NCBI GenBank assembly: GCA_034226945.1
Contig: CP120454.1
Coordinates: 682,001 to 746,000, forward strand
Length of the DNA stretch: 64,000 bases
DNA from: Picochlorum sp. SENEW3
Lineage: Eukaryota
Direction: 5' to 3'
Positions within the stretch are counted from its first letter, which is position 1. Each line of letters starts with the position of its first letter. Shown one piece after another: positions 45,573 to 58,205 of this stretch. Made by a program: the position numbers and the translations under genes. Under the pieces are notes generated by a model that was given only the letters and a program-made list of their open reading frames with translations, ran no database searches and was not told the DNA's origin.

Positions 45573-47502
45573 TCAGTCTTGAGCATTGTTGTTGCTTCTC
45601 TTGGGATATGCTGGTAAGGGGAATGATCCCCCCTTATTGTCGACTGCTATTGGAGGGTTGGAGAGCTGCCCAGCCGCCATGGATGCATGGTTCTGCGAGT
45701 CTGTGCGCATGGATGGCGTTGCAGAGTCTGTGTGCTGCTGCGGCTCAGGTGTACCCTGGCCTCCAATTTTTGTCCTCTTATGGCCATGAATGCCTTCTAT
45801 GGAGCTCTCTATTTCCTCGAGTTGTTTTTGGAGTTCTATAGCACCCTCTTGCAGTGATGTTTGTGATCCCACCCTGGGTATAGACACCCCACTAACTGGC
45901 AGTGGAGCGACAATATTTGACATCGAACCAACCCTGCACGACATGAATATATGTGAGTTTAGTAACATATATTATAACATGGGACATTGCATTGTCAACA
46001 GCGCCGCATACCTGAGTAATGTTGGGTGTGTGTAAGTCATGCCGGCTGCAGGTGTTTGTACAGGGACTTGTTGCTGCTTTGATATTGTTGTGGGCTTGAC
46101 ATTCAAGGCCTCCAGAAGCATCGTCGCATCATCCTCTGGTAGTAATATGTGTACAAGAGAGTTGAATGTATCAGCTACCATGCCGTCGATGACGAGCTTG
46201 TATTTATCGTAGGCGACTGCTGCCTCTTCAAAAGTTGCATATGGGCCCAATTCAAAAGCCCTCTGTTTGATCCTCAATTTTGCATAATACGACCCATCTT
46301 TCTCATTTATAGAATTTACCTTCTCATTTCGCCTACTTTTTATCGCCTCAAAGTGTTCCAAAATGTTGGATGGGTCTGTGGCAGATCCAAATCCATCAGC
46401 AATAAGACGTGATCTGCAGACATGTTCCTCATCCTCATGTTGTTGCTACAAAGCCCCTTATGATTTTGATAGTATACACATACCTTTTACATGCAATCTC
46501 TGCCTTCTCCTTTGAAGGAAAAACTCCCAAATCAACCGTGATTGATGCCCTCCACTGATTATCTGCCACTTGGCTCACTAATGTTCTCTGCACAGGCGCA
46601 ACTGACTCCTGCGTCGCCTTCTTTTCAGGTACCTGTGACTTTACGTTTGCAACTAGATGCTCCGGAGGAATACTAAGGATAGTGCATAATTGCCTAATAT
46701 GCTCCTGATACTCCGGGCTAGCCATGGGATCTGGACTCTGGTGCAGTACTTGTTGCAGCGCATCAGGAGGCATGCCACCTGGATACATTGGATTTTGCAT
46801 CTGAAGCATCAGCGACTGTTGGATTCCTGACGGTGTAGTATTGCTTAGATTTGGTAGAGGTGGAAGCACTGTTCTATCCAGAGGACTGATGCCGCCATTG
46901 CGCACATACTCCATCTGATATGATTTGATGGGGAAATTTGTGAGTGCACCCCATCCCTGTAAACTAATTGCTTTCCAGTCGTAGGCTACCGCAGCCTGCC
47001 TTGCCGTAGAAAATGTCCCAATCGTCTTTTGTACTCTATTTTGAAGAATGACTGAACGGAACTGACCATGAGTGACACTAGTCACCCCCCTCAAGTCACA
47101 CAGATCAACATCACCGGTGGTCGATATGAACTTTTTGAAAGCGGCATAACTCTCCTCAGGAAAATTCAATTTATCCACAACACTTGATTCACTATTGTAC
47201 CTCAAAAATGCTTGATCCCATGCTTTTGCTGCTTGAACATCATCCGAATAGTACCCAACATGCCTTGTTCTGTCTGTATGCAGTCTTGCCCTCCACCGTT
47301 TTCCTTTCTTATCCCACTGCACGCCTTTGAAGCGCGTGATCGGACCCTCACAGTCTCCTACCTGATCCTGTTTCTCCAATATCCCATCGCAGTTTTGACC
47401 GACCCTATCGTGAGGACGAGCGTCCCTTCGGAAGGACCGATTAGGTTCCACTGCTTCTGGAACAGTCTGCCCAGCTGTTGATTCAGCCCCGTTCGGTTCC
47501 AT
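45573..47502 (-). CDS. AP2-domain transcription factor with about four AP2 repeats; two introns (about 46415-46483 and 45934-46010)
   Basis: RFKGVQWDKKGKRWRARL...GYY...AAKAWDQA...LNFP; GTFSTARQAAVAYDWKA...TNFP; WRASITVDLGVFPSKEKA; LGPYATFEEAAVAYDKY. Confidence 0.88.
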
Positions 47503-47919
47503 TTTACCTCAATGAATCAAATAAATATATTATTGAATCCATGCATGAGCGACTTCCTCGTCCAATAGACCAGAAACAATCCTCGCAACTCATGGATTGA
47601 ATGCCAAAGCAAAAGCCCAAGAATCCTGACGGAGCCTTCACAGAAATTCAAAGAAGCAATCTTTTTAAATAATAATGTAATAATTGTTCGTTGGGATAGA
47701 GCATTGCAGTCCAGCGAGTCACAGCACGCATGCAAGGTATCCCAAGGTGCGAAACAAAAAGGATCTGTTGCACACGTCTACACAACTGGGCATATGCCCA
47801 GTTGTATATGCAGACACATACGAGTGACCCATAATTACCATCAAAGATGATATCCAGATGCGATTTGAGGTGTTTGCATGCGCAATTATACTGTTTCTTC
47901 AGCACAAAGCACCCCTATA

Positions 47920-48007
47920 CTGTCTAGACAGGCAGATCTGCCTGTGTGAGATCCGGCCCTAGGGCACTAGACCCAGGTGGTGTAACGCAGGGCTTGTGAG
48001 GCTCACA
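47920..48007. repeat. Second cluster of overlapping palindromes, in the AP2/RWP-RK divergent intergenic region
   Basis: ctgtctagacag (47920-47931), acaggcagatctgcctgt (47928-47945), gccctagggc (47956-47965), tgtgag-g-ctcaca (47995-48007). Confidence 0.8.
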
Positions 48008-48389
48008 CATTGCAAGCCAGCAAGCCCGCCGCAAGCGTATGCGCGACGTTTATATATAATTGACTCGATTGGTAACTCAGGAACAGCATTGCGTGCGAAT
48101 TGTCGGCGTTCCACCGCTGATACAACCAGGCGCACACCACCGGCTCCAGATTGACTATTTCTATCCATCGCTTCGTAGCTTTGACCGGTGTTGGATAATT
48201 TGCCTAGCCGCTTTGATGTTGTACTAAACCTTGGACGAGTATAACTCGTGTGCTACCTCAAGAATAGGCGCATTGGGAAATATAAAATTCTCAGGATTAA
48301 TTCTATCATTCACGTTGCCGCACGTCTGAATCGGAAGAGAACCAAAGCGAGGTTTTATCCAGAACCACGACTGCCGAATCGTATCAATC

Positions 48390-49659
48390 ATGTCAAAGGG
48401 GACTTCAAGTGATCACACAGGTGATACAAATGAATTTTGTGGTCACGGTAATGGTTATAGGGGCGTTATTTCTCTGCTCGAGGTCCTAAAGAACTTGGAC
48501 CACCAGGCCATCATCCCGACGGGCACGAACTTGGGGGCTCCTGGTCCCAGCAAAGGACAACCACCCAGCTTCGCTCGACGACCACTAAATTTACCAAAAA
48601 GGGATCAGGGCGCTCAAACAGGTCAAGTTACTCGGCGAGTGAGGTTGAATCGTTCTGGATTCCGCAAGAGGACCCGCGAGGTGCGCTGCCGGTATGATTT
48701 GGACCCATCGGGGATGGGCTTTGAAGGGGAGGGTGAAATAAAAGAGGGGATCTCGTTTCTAGATAGATGGATGTGCACCATCGACGGAGGGGTTGGATGG
48801 GGCGGTGCAAACCCCCCTTGGGGGAATGTTGAAAAAAATGTGATGTAATTTCTTGAATTCGTTCGATTGCTTCTTGTGGCTTTGTATATGGAAGCATAGA
48901 GGCCTCCTGGTGTCGTAGTGCTGGAGATCGTGCTCTCGCTGACTTGGGTGCCCCATGATGCGTGCAGGGACGATACTTGTCGGATATCACACTCGAAGAA
49001 GTCCTTCAATATGTGCATTTGCCCTCGAGTGAAGCAAGCAAGCGTTTGGGGCTTGGTACGTTGTCTCACAAGTGTCATAGTGACGTCATACGGGTCAGGC
49101 ATCGATTAGATCTACTAAAAAATCACTTTGACGATGTGGCGTGTGCTCGTGTAGGTCTTACGAGTTTCAAACGTGTATGTCGCTCTGTTGGAATCATGTC
49201 ATGGCCGTACAAGGCTGGAAAACAGCCCAGCAGGGAAGAACTCATTACCATGGCGCTGGAAAGTGGATCAAAGCGTACGTGAAAGTCATTCGTGAGATGA
49301 TACGATAGTTTGCCACAATTGAATCCAAATTCTTTCTATAACGGGCAATTTTTACTTGCAGAGAGCCGTGAGAGGGCAGAAGATCCTGCTGTACTGACTC
49401 AAGGGGCAGAAGCATCCTTGAGGCAACTGATTGCATTTTGCACAGGAGACTTCAGGGAATTCCTGATCTTCAAACTTCGTCAATTCCTTGAGACAAGCTA
49501 TACGTATGTATTTTCCTCTAGTATGCATCCCTTCCAGGCCCACAGACACATTTCTGACATTGTGTTTTTTGATTGCTTTGCAGGATGAGGTATGACTGTG
49601 GGTTTACCATTTTCAACGACCCAATTTTGCTGGCTCTGGTCACAAAACTTTCAGAATAG
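48390..49659 (+). CDS. RWP-RK domain transcription factor (about 224 aa); proposed exons 48390-48638, 48968-49055, 49155-49274, 49362-49503, 49584-49659
   Basis: After removing intron 49056-49154: ITLEEVLQYVHLPSSEASKRLGLGLTSFKRVCRSVGIMSWPYK. Downstream exons join in frame via canonical sites; the first exon is uncertain. Confidence 0.75.
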
Positions 49660-50267
49660 CTGATACCAAGACTGCAAACCCTTGTGTTGGGAGTTCCAAG
49701 AAAAAAAACGTCCCCTCACAAACCTGTGTTCTGAGTATCATCTATTCTTCTTCCACGAGTCTTCGTTGGGATCATATTTCAGGATATTCCCGCTAGAAGT
49801 ATTGTGCTCATTCTAGTTTGGGTAATATCCAAGACAGTAGCTTGTCTGAAACCATTGGATGTTACGTTTGGCTGGTTTTTGTCCTCCTTGCATTGTGGTT
49901 GATATCATTTGTGCATGTTGAATGCACAATAGCGTGTAGCGTGACAAGTCGCAGATATGCGATCATGTAGATTTTGAAGAAATTTCGGTCAATGCCGAGT
50001 TGGATGCGTTGTTATACGAGCTTTATGCAACGAGCACAGTGATCGTTGGTGTTGTCCCATGCAGCGACCTGCTCTGCAGGATATTCCCGTAGATTATGAG
50101 TACATTGCCAGTACGGGACACGTGAAGCCTTTTCCCATCTCCTCTCATCTTCGACAGGAGATGCACATCAACTGCATTACGCAGATGTGGTTCGTGCTCT
50201 TGTCTATATTTTGTTGATAGATCCATCTTCATCTTGTTCATATTCCTTGTAAATAATTTTGTGCAAA

Positions 50268-51198
50268 ATGGCAGCAAAACTCGCCCGAACTGGCCTCAAG
50301 GCTGTCGCCGGGCCTTCAAGATACTTTGACATCAACGCTCTGCCAGGAGTCCCCGTTGGCAAACTTGTGAGTGATTTACTACCCATAGTGACATATTTAG
50401 TTGGTAACTAATCATATCGGTTTGTTGCAGAATGGAAAGGACATCGCAGAGCTTCAAATGAAGGTGTCGGATAATGTGTCGGAACCAGTTCAGGAACAGC
50501 CGATTCCGGTACCCTCATCTTTCAATGAACTTCCAAACAAAACGAAAATGAAGAGAAAGGTAAGGTTTTTGAGTGACTGCTTCAATAGGGCACGATTTGT
50601 TGTGTCGGCTTGTCCTTTGTTCGGCGCTCGTCATTGCCGATCGACCAATTACCTGGTTACATGCGTGTCTATGCAGGCAATGAATATTCATCTTGGAGCG
50701 ACTTTGTCAATTCCAGGAGTCGAGAACCTCTCCAGAGTGGGAACCACCTCGTCGGCATCCTTGGCGCCCAAGGACGACCCGTTTCAGGGACTTCCTTTCC
50801 ACGATCTTGCAGAATACCTCGGTGAGCAGGTAATGCCGGCATTGGAGCATGCCAAGAAAGATCAAATACGACAACAAAGAGAGGCGAAGATGGCAATACA
50901 GAATGCGCAGGTGGCTGTTCCCCATGTCCCGCACATTCTTCCCTTTACTCGCTGGGCATCCACAGATGAAAACTTTCGTTCCACCTTGGTGGTTGATGAC
51001 GGCAAGGCTCAAAAAGCGAGACTATCCTGGTATCACCCAGATGATACGGTACGAGTGGCGATGTGTGTTTGTGTGGCGATTACAGAAAATGATGCGGATA
51101 CATGTCTCATGATGTAGATGGTTCCCAGAGAATGGTTTTCCAAAGGTCTTATTGAAGACTTGAAATATTATTCCCCATTTGGAATATTTTCAAAATGA
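50268..51198 (+). CDS. Hypothetical protein, 4 exons
   Basis: MAAKLARTGLKAVAGPSRYFD...; three phase-0 GT-AG introns give a continuous frame ending ...YYSPFGIFSK*. Confidence 0.6.
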
Positions 51199-51515
51199 AT
51201 GAATTGTACCATAGATGAATGGATTTTCACGATACAGACGCCATGATGGTTTTTCAACAGACAGTGCTTGATACCCCTAGCATTGCTGCTGCCATTGGCA
51301 TATTGATGATGTGGCCTGCAGGCTTGATCATCGCACTCGTATGATATGATGAGAAGAAAAAGAATGTAGCGTTTAGTGGATGATATGTATATTTCAAGAT
51401 TTTCCTTGTTGTTCTTTCCTTGTTGTTGTTATGCCCATATAGATGCAGGAGTAGCTCTACTGCTAGCGTTTTTTTATTAATATTTTTCCGTTTAAGCGTT
51501 TACAAGACACATGCA

Positions 51516-52268
51516 TCAATCAAATAATGAAAGAATATCCTTATGAATCCCTAAATCCGTATTTCTAGCTGCTTTCGGAGACCCATGACGCTGCTTGCCG
51601 TCATGAACATCATCCAGTGAGACCAAATCCTGCGTCACATGATCACCCTCTCCTCCGACCCATTCAATATCCCCCCAAAAGGGATCTTGAGCATCCTTCT
51701 TCTCACCCTGTATCACTCCATCATTCTCAAAATCACCAAGCAAATCACCCACATCAGCCATGTGCGCTTGTTGTGACCCAGACACCTCCCCTCGCTCCCT
51801 CATCTCACTTCCTTGCAGAAACGGATGAGACCTATACGTTTCAATATTAAACGGCATCTTTCTATACTCAGCTTTGCAGTACTTCATATACACATATTTG
51901 TCAACAATAAACCTCTTCAACTCCAGTGCATCCACACCAGAAGGCCTCACAAACCCCCGAGGCAACCCAGCCTCCCAAAACGCATTGCTCAACGCATTCC
52001 CGACGACAGAAACAAACTCCACCTGCTCTGGCAACCACGTATCAAGCGTCGTCGATCGAACTTGAGACACATGAACCCCCAGGCTCCTATGAATTCCAGA
52101 GCAGTTGAGACACAGAAAACAACCCAACGACACCGACGCCCACGTCGGACCCTTTGAATGACAATCAACACAAAATCTATTCTCGTCACGCTTCAATAAT
52201 CCCCGCAAAATCTCTTTATGCCGCTCACTCTCAGATTGAGAAACCAATTGCTTGGCGTTTCTGCTCAT
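51516..52268 (-). CDS. ADP-ribosylation factor GTPase-activating protein (SMAP/AGD-like)
   Basis: CVDCHSKGPTWASVSLGCFLCLNCSGIHRSLGVHVSQVRSTTLDTW. Confidence 0.93.
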   Translation of the reverse strand: MSRNAKQLVSQSESERHKEILRGLLKRDENRFCVDCHSKGPTWASVSLGCFLCLNCSGIHRSLGVHVSQVRSTTLDTWLPEQVEFVSVVGNALSNAFWEAGLPRGFVRPSGVDALELKRFIVDKYVYMKYCKAEYRKMPFNIETYRSHPFLQGSEMRERGEVSGSQQAHMADVGDLLGDFENDGVIQGEKKDAQDPFWGDIEWVGGEGDHVTQDLVSLDDVHDGKQRHGSPKAARNTDLGIHKDILSLFD

Positions 52269-52540
52269 TGCTTCCTTCTTCTTTTACAGACTCTTCTCCT
52301 TGTACGGGTAATGATTGTCATCACCAAGACATTCTATGGAATCTACTTCATGTATGTACAATTGAAAATAAGATGCAGAAATGATTCATCATCGGGTACA
52401 GCACTGAGCAATGGGTTTCTTGAATAAAACAATAAAATCCTTCGACTCGCGCGAGTATGCTTCCTTCCCGATCGTTGTTCTCAGACGCATACGTAAAACA
52501 AAGATTTGTAGACTACTGTAAGAAACGCGGGACCATTACC

Positions 52541-53086
52541 ATGTATCTCGCAACAACAGCATCCTCTCGTGCTGTTGGGTATCGACACCTTGGGGGACTG
52601 AAAACACCCAATACCCGTCGCCATTTTTCCACCCGAATCCATTCCAACGATCCTAAAATAACACGAGAATACAGAGAAGACGATGACACAGTCATTCCAG
52701 CTTCCTCGAGCTCTCCAGAATCACCCGACACGAGTGGACAAGGGCAGTCACAGTATGTGGACGAACTCCCAGAGGTATGATCACATCCATGGATACATAG
52801 AGAGAGAGAGAGATGATATTATTGATATCCATACCACTCTACGCTGCAGGTTCCTAGGACTGAGATGTCGGATGCTATGAAAGAAAAGCTCAGAAGAGAG
52901 TACTATGGTCTTGGTGGCAGCCCCAACAAGGTATAGTGTGTGTGTCTGGTCTCCTCATGCTTGAGCTAGAAATATGACATGCTGTTCATCCCCCCTGTGC
53001 AGGCCATGGGTAGTAATCTGTTCTTAAACATCATCCTGATTGTGTCATTCTTGGCAATTCTGTCAGCCGCGCTTGGCTACTTGTAG
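52541..53086 (+). CDS. Small plastid-targeted, C-terminally anchored membrane protein; exons 52541-52774, 52850-52930, 53003-53086
   Basis: Transit-like N-terminus; spliced ...MKEKLRREYYGLGGSPNKAMGSNLFLNIILIVSFLAILSAALGYL*. Confidence 0.65.
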
Positions 53087-53234
53087 TAACAAGGATTGGT
53101 GTTTCAAAGACACGAAGATGCAAGGGCAATCATCTGTTTTTTCTTCGCAATGCCCATCTAGAGCAATTTTGCTATTGCAATAATATAATAATTTTGTATG
53201 TATTAAAACAAGAAGACCGTTATCGTCGTGATTT

Positions 53235-53591
53235 ATGGGTATTGGTTTGTCTAAAACAACCGAAGAAGACATGGCATCAGCAAAAGCGATTGTCGACGCA
53301 GCTATTGCGGAGAATGCGGTGATGGTATTCAGCAAATCCTATTGTCCATTTTGTATGAAAGCAAAGAGGGCGTTAGAGAGTGTTTTGCCCAAGGAGAAGA
53401 TCTGTGTTATGGAATTGGAAATGCGATCAGACTGTGCTGCGATTCAGGATTATTTGTTGGAGATTACTGGGGCACGATCTGTTCCAAGGGTTTTTATTGC
53501 TGGTGAATGTATTGGGGGAGGGGATGAGACGGATGCTATGGTTCGTAGTGGGAAGATGAAACAGTTGCTTGAAGCAAAGAATATTTTGTAA
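53235..53591 (+). CDS. Class I dithiol glutaredoxin (CPFC), possible N-myristoylation
   Basis: FSKSYCPFC, SVPRVFI, IGGGD; N-terminus MGIGLSK. Confidence 0.93.
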   Translation: MGIGLSKTTEEDMASAKAIVDAAIAENAVMVFSKSYCPFCMKAKRALESVLPKEKICVMELEMRSDCAAIQDYLLEITGARSVPRVFIAGECIGGGDETDAMVRSGKMKQLLEAKNIL

Positions 53592-53612
53592 TGGTTTGTC
53601 TTACATGTAACA

Positions 53613-56600
53613 TCAATTGCTCTTCTTACCTCCTAGAAGTTTCCATATGGCATCTGCTGTCTGTGCGTTCTTGTCGTTGTTGGCAGCAGGTTGGGGTTGG
53701 ATGAGTTTGGATGATGGCATGGGTGGGGGTGGGGGGTTTGGCGTTGTGGCCTGCCTCATCTTGGACAAGAGGTCTTGTCCTGACAAGGTCTGAGGGCTAG
53801 GTGGTTGTACTTGCTTGGGCAACCCTCCCCGTCCGCGGCCCATACCAAAGCCTTTTGCATGTGGGTTGTCTGGTATCTTGGGAACTCTTTTTGGTGATGG
53901 CTCGGCTGCTGCTGATTTTCTAATGGTTGCTGATTCTCCTGATACTGCATGTGGGCGGGTAAGGTTGATCAGAGCGAATGGTGCGACGACTGCACCGTGG
54001 TGGCCATTGCATCTGCCTCCAAGATCAGTGCCACCTTCAAATGGGGTGTCAAACAACACCTCTAGAAACTTGTCATGGACACCAATCACTGTCCCACGAA
54101 TTCCAAATGGAGGAATTCCAGTGGCACCTGCTGAGACGACTCTGTCACCAAGGGCAAAGGATCCACCTGAGAATGCAGCCATAAGTCCTCCTGGTTCTAT
54201 AGGCGGAAGGAGGAGGGCTGGGGATACTGATTCCATTTCAACAGTTGTTGGCGCATTTCCCGGTTTTGGCAGCGAGGCCTGGAATATTCTGATTCCATCT
54301 TCTGATGCCACGAGGGAAGTCGCTTTTACCAATTTGCGCTTGGCTGATGGTAAGCTTGAAAGCCATGATTTGATGGCTGTCAATTCCTTCAGCGCAGCCT
54401 CTCGCTCCATGCCTGGGAAGAGGTTTTCCAAGGTTACTTTATCCTCTTCAAGCATCGCCCAGACGTTTGGATATTTTGTCTTGTATGATTTCAGTACAGA
54501 TATGAGTGCATTGCTGTATGCCCATGTAGCTTTTCTGTTTGGGTCTGATGATTCTACTGATGTACTGAAATCTGGCACAACCAGGCTGTTCTTACCATCC
54601 TTCACATACAGACCGATATCGATTGATTCATTTCTTCCTGAACCTGTTCGTACCCAAAAATTGCCAGTGATTCTTCCCAACGCTTTTGGCGAGACGCCGA
54701 GAATCCTGCTGACTTTGAATGCAGGTATGTACTGGGTCTGCATGGATGGGAGCAGTCTTTTTGCCGAGGCTTGGATAGCAGCTGATGTCTCTGGCATAGT
54801 CTCCAGAATGATTCGGTATCTAGACTTGTTTATATCTTTTGTCTTGTCTGATAATGGTTTTCCAGAGGCATTCTTTCCAAATGGACCTGAGTGAGTGATT
54901 GTTGCTGTGCATCCATAGTAGGCCTTGCCTAGGAATAACGCTTTTGATCCCACCTTGAAGTCATACCATGCAACGCTGTCATTTTTGGATAAAAGCTTTG
55001 GATCAAATCGGGGATCTGGAGAAGGGTTTTTTCGCAGAGTCATTTGTAACGGGTAGACATGCGTGTCTTTTGAAAATCTCTTCTCTATAGACCCATCAAC
55101 TTGTCGAATGAGACCTTCCACAGGCCTCACATGGACCAGTAAATGTATCTTTCCAAGATCAACTCCATACTTGGTCAGGTATTCGTTCTGTAAATTAGCC
55201 GTCTCTATGTCCCATTTGTTTGATGTGCTCTTGTTTCCTGATGCAGATATACATTCAAGTGGGTCCGAGACCTTTTCTACGATAGATTCTTTGACGTAGG
55301 GCCATCCAACCCACGCTCTTTGCTTCAGCACGGCTTTTGAAATGCCTTGGGCTGTTAAGAGATCTTCACTAATACCTTGGGTCAGATTTTTGAACTTTAG
55401 AATCAGGGACTCTTTCCTTGATCTCATGCCAAATACATCGACACCAGCCTTCTCAAGTCGTCCATAGACAGCAAGAGTTTTTAGAGTAGGGAACCCAGCA
55501 ATAGTTGATATGCCCACCTTTGTCCCTTGGACCAATGCAGGTTGGAACCCTTTCTCTCCTTTGGGCAGTGGAGGTGGGGCTGGTCTGGCCTTTGCTGAAC
55601 TGTTGCATCTCACAACATCCGGAAGATGGCTCGGCAAGGTCGAGGTGCAAAATGTTTTTTCACCTGCCTTTGGACTATGTGAAAATACAATGATGCTTCC
55701 TGCACTATTTCTTTTCCTTTCTGCTGGAGTCAGCGCCCCAGTTGGCACGCTCTGTATTGCTCGCAAAAGCCTGTCCTGGTCAATGAATGGTACTTGAACC
55801 ACACCTTCCCATTCAGCTCTTTTTCCTTCTGTATCTACATGGAAATCCACTGGATAAAAGTCGACAATTGGAGAGTTTGGATCTTTCATGAGGTGTCTGT
55901 AGGGCTCGGGAAGAAGATTGCAACTTGATGCAGGCTGCACAGCCATCAGCTGCTCAAATGGCAAGAATGGCCTTCCCGCTACAAATTTCACTTCTATTTC
56001 TCCTAGATTGACACAGTCGGAAACCATTGGCGCATAGTGATAGCTGTAAAACCACTCCCAGGATGCCACACCCCTGTAGTAATACTCCAAAACCCAATGA
56101 ATTCCTTCCAGGAAAGCAGCGACTACTTTCCTCCGGTCATCCGATGTAGGGCACTTTAGTTTCTCGCGATAGTAGCGCTCTTTCCAAGCTAACAGTCCCT
56201 GCTCTTTGTCACCTTGTTCGAAAAATGCTCTGGCCTCCTTGCTCATCATGGTTGGCTCAACATCTTTGGGCTTTTTCTCATCAACTTCTGCAGCACTATC
56301 TGATTCAGCTGCTAGAATCTCTAACTCGTGCCCTTCTAGAGAAAGAGCCGAAAAATCCTCTGGAACCTCACTATCTACTGCGCTGTCACCAAAAGCTTCG
56401 TCAATTTCTTGGGGCTTGTTCTTATTCATCCTCCTTTCCTTCTTTGATTCGTATTCTTCCGCATCATTTGCTCTTTGTTCCAAAGTTTCAGCTTCAAATG
56501 TTGCCAGCTCGCTCAAGAACAATTCAAAGCGACCTCTATGCAAGCTTCCAGCATGGGTGAGATACCCACCCATCTTTGGCAAAAGCTTCTTGTATGTTGT

Positions 56601-57759
56601 AAACATCAGGTCAAGAGACCCCTCATTTATATCACATGTTGGAAGGGATGGAAGGAAATCATTACCCACCAACATGCAGAACAACACGAAGTCATCGATG
56701 ATTCTTTCAATATCAAAACCAAACTTCAATGACTTGGCATATGGCTCAAACTCGAGCTGAATATAGTCCCTCAACAACCTGCATGGATACACAATAGTGA
56801 TTGGATATGCCATCAAACAACAATCGATTCGGCTCGAATCAAATATACACACATACCCTATCTGAAATAGGACGAAATGCTCTTCGCTTGGATTTTCAAG
56901 AGCCTCCCGAATAGGCTGCCCCTTATTCTTATAACTCACAACTTCTCGTAGTAAGCAAAAGTGAGGCTCGTGGGTCACCAATGAAAGCATAATCAAGTCG
57001 GCATCCAAACCATAAAGACAATGCCTCAAATTAGGCTCATACTCTGGGCTTTTCTTTGCCCATCGGATGTATTCCATTACTTTATGCTCACCCTCCCCTG
57101 GCACATCATGGCCCGAGAATACAATCGTGGGTACTTGCCACAAAGGATCTTCAGAAATTTTATGTCGAATAAAGAATCTGAGATGCTCTGCCAACCGCTC
57201 CATAAACGGTGTCCCAGGTGTGATGCAATTGGAATCAAAAGGCTCTGCCATGGCCCCTGCCTCTTCGCCACGTTCCTTACTCTCGGCGGCCCTCTGCGCC
57301 GCTTCACGAGCCGTTTTGAATCTTCTGGCTCTTTGTTGGTTCATTTTCGCTCGCGGTGCGACCCCATCAATTGCCATGAACATCAACTTCTGAGGCTTGA
57401 CAATATGAAACAATTTATCAAGGTACATGAAAATCTTCTTTATCATCTCCTCCTCCGTCAATTTCGTATCTGGATCATTCCCATGTGTGCAATTGTGTAC
57501 AATGCCATTCATATCGAGGTAAAAGTTATCAATAACAGGGACAACAGTGGCCCCGCCAGGCTGGTTCACCAAAGGATATCGCTCACTGAGCCATCTGTAG
57601 AATTTTGGAATCCCTGCAGCACATGTATATCAATATTAAACAGTACTTCATGGCATCCCAGGCTATCCCAGGCTAAACACAGTGCCCGTGACACCGAGCA
57701 GTCCATCTTCCGATACTCAGGGCCAGATCAGAGTCTACCAATCGATGAACCGTACCCAT
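53613..57759 (-). CDS. XRN1: 5'-3' exoribonuclease, XRN1 type; introns 57614-57755 and 56779-56856
   Basis: Spliced MGIPKFYRWLSERYP; DNFYLDMNGIVH, DGVAPRAKMNQQR, PGEGEHK, GLDADL, GNDFLP; long C-terminal region with LGDRVV...PFGIRGTVIGV...VLFD. Confidence 0.92.
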
Positions 57760-58205
57760 AATGTAATTATGTGATAATTTACTGCTTCAAAATACCGATG
57801 ACTGCCGTTCTTAAAATGTCTGTTTCGAATTTCACGAGAATGAAAGTTTCAAATATCTAGGCTCGATATTATGCGATACTATACATCATAGAGGTATATG
57901 TATGTGAAATTTAACTATTTTGACTTTATCAGGGTGCATCTGGGTGCACGGTTCTTGTTTTAGTCCCATGGTAAGCATGAGCAGCCAGAAGTCGGTCTGC
58001 TTCATTTCCCACCTAGAGCCAATTGCAACTGCAATACCAACTGGTATTGTTGTTTTAGCATGTGTGGTGTGCGTGCTTATGCGATGCTGTCCATACATAT
58101 GGGCTTACTATGAATGATACTACATGTGACTAGGAATATCTATGAGGAGAGATATCGCGTGGGCCATCTAGTCCTGACTTGAATCTCTCAGGATTGGTCT
58201 GCCTG

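Noticed and set aside
47517..48389. tRNA/snRNA in the long AP2/RWP-RK spacer
   Set aside because: No cloverleaf with a TTCGA T-loop and no Sm-site snRNA pattern recognised by eye.
48623..49102. Minus-strand ORFs of 159 and 120 aa
   Set aside because: Antisense to the RWP-RK gene, with no motif support.
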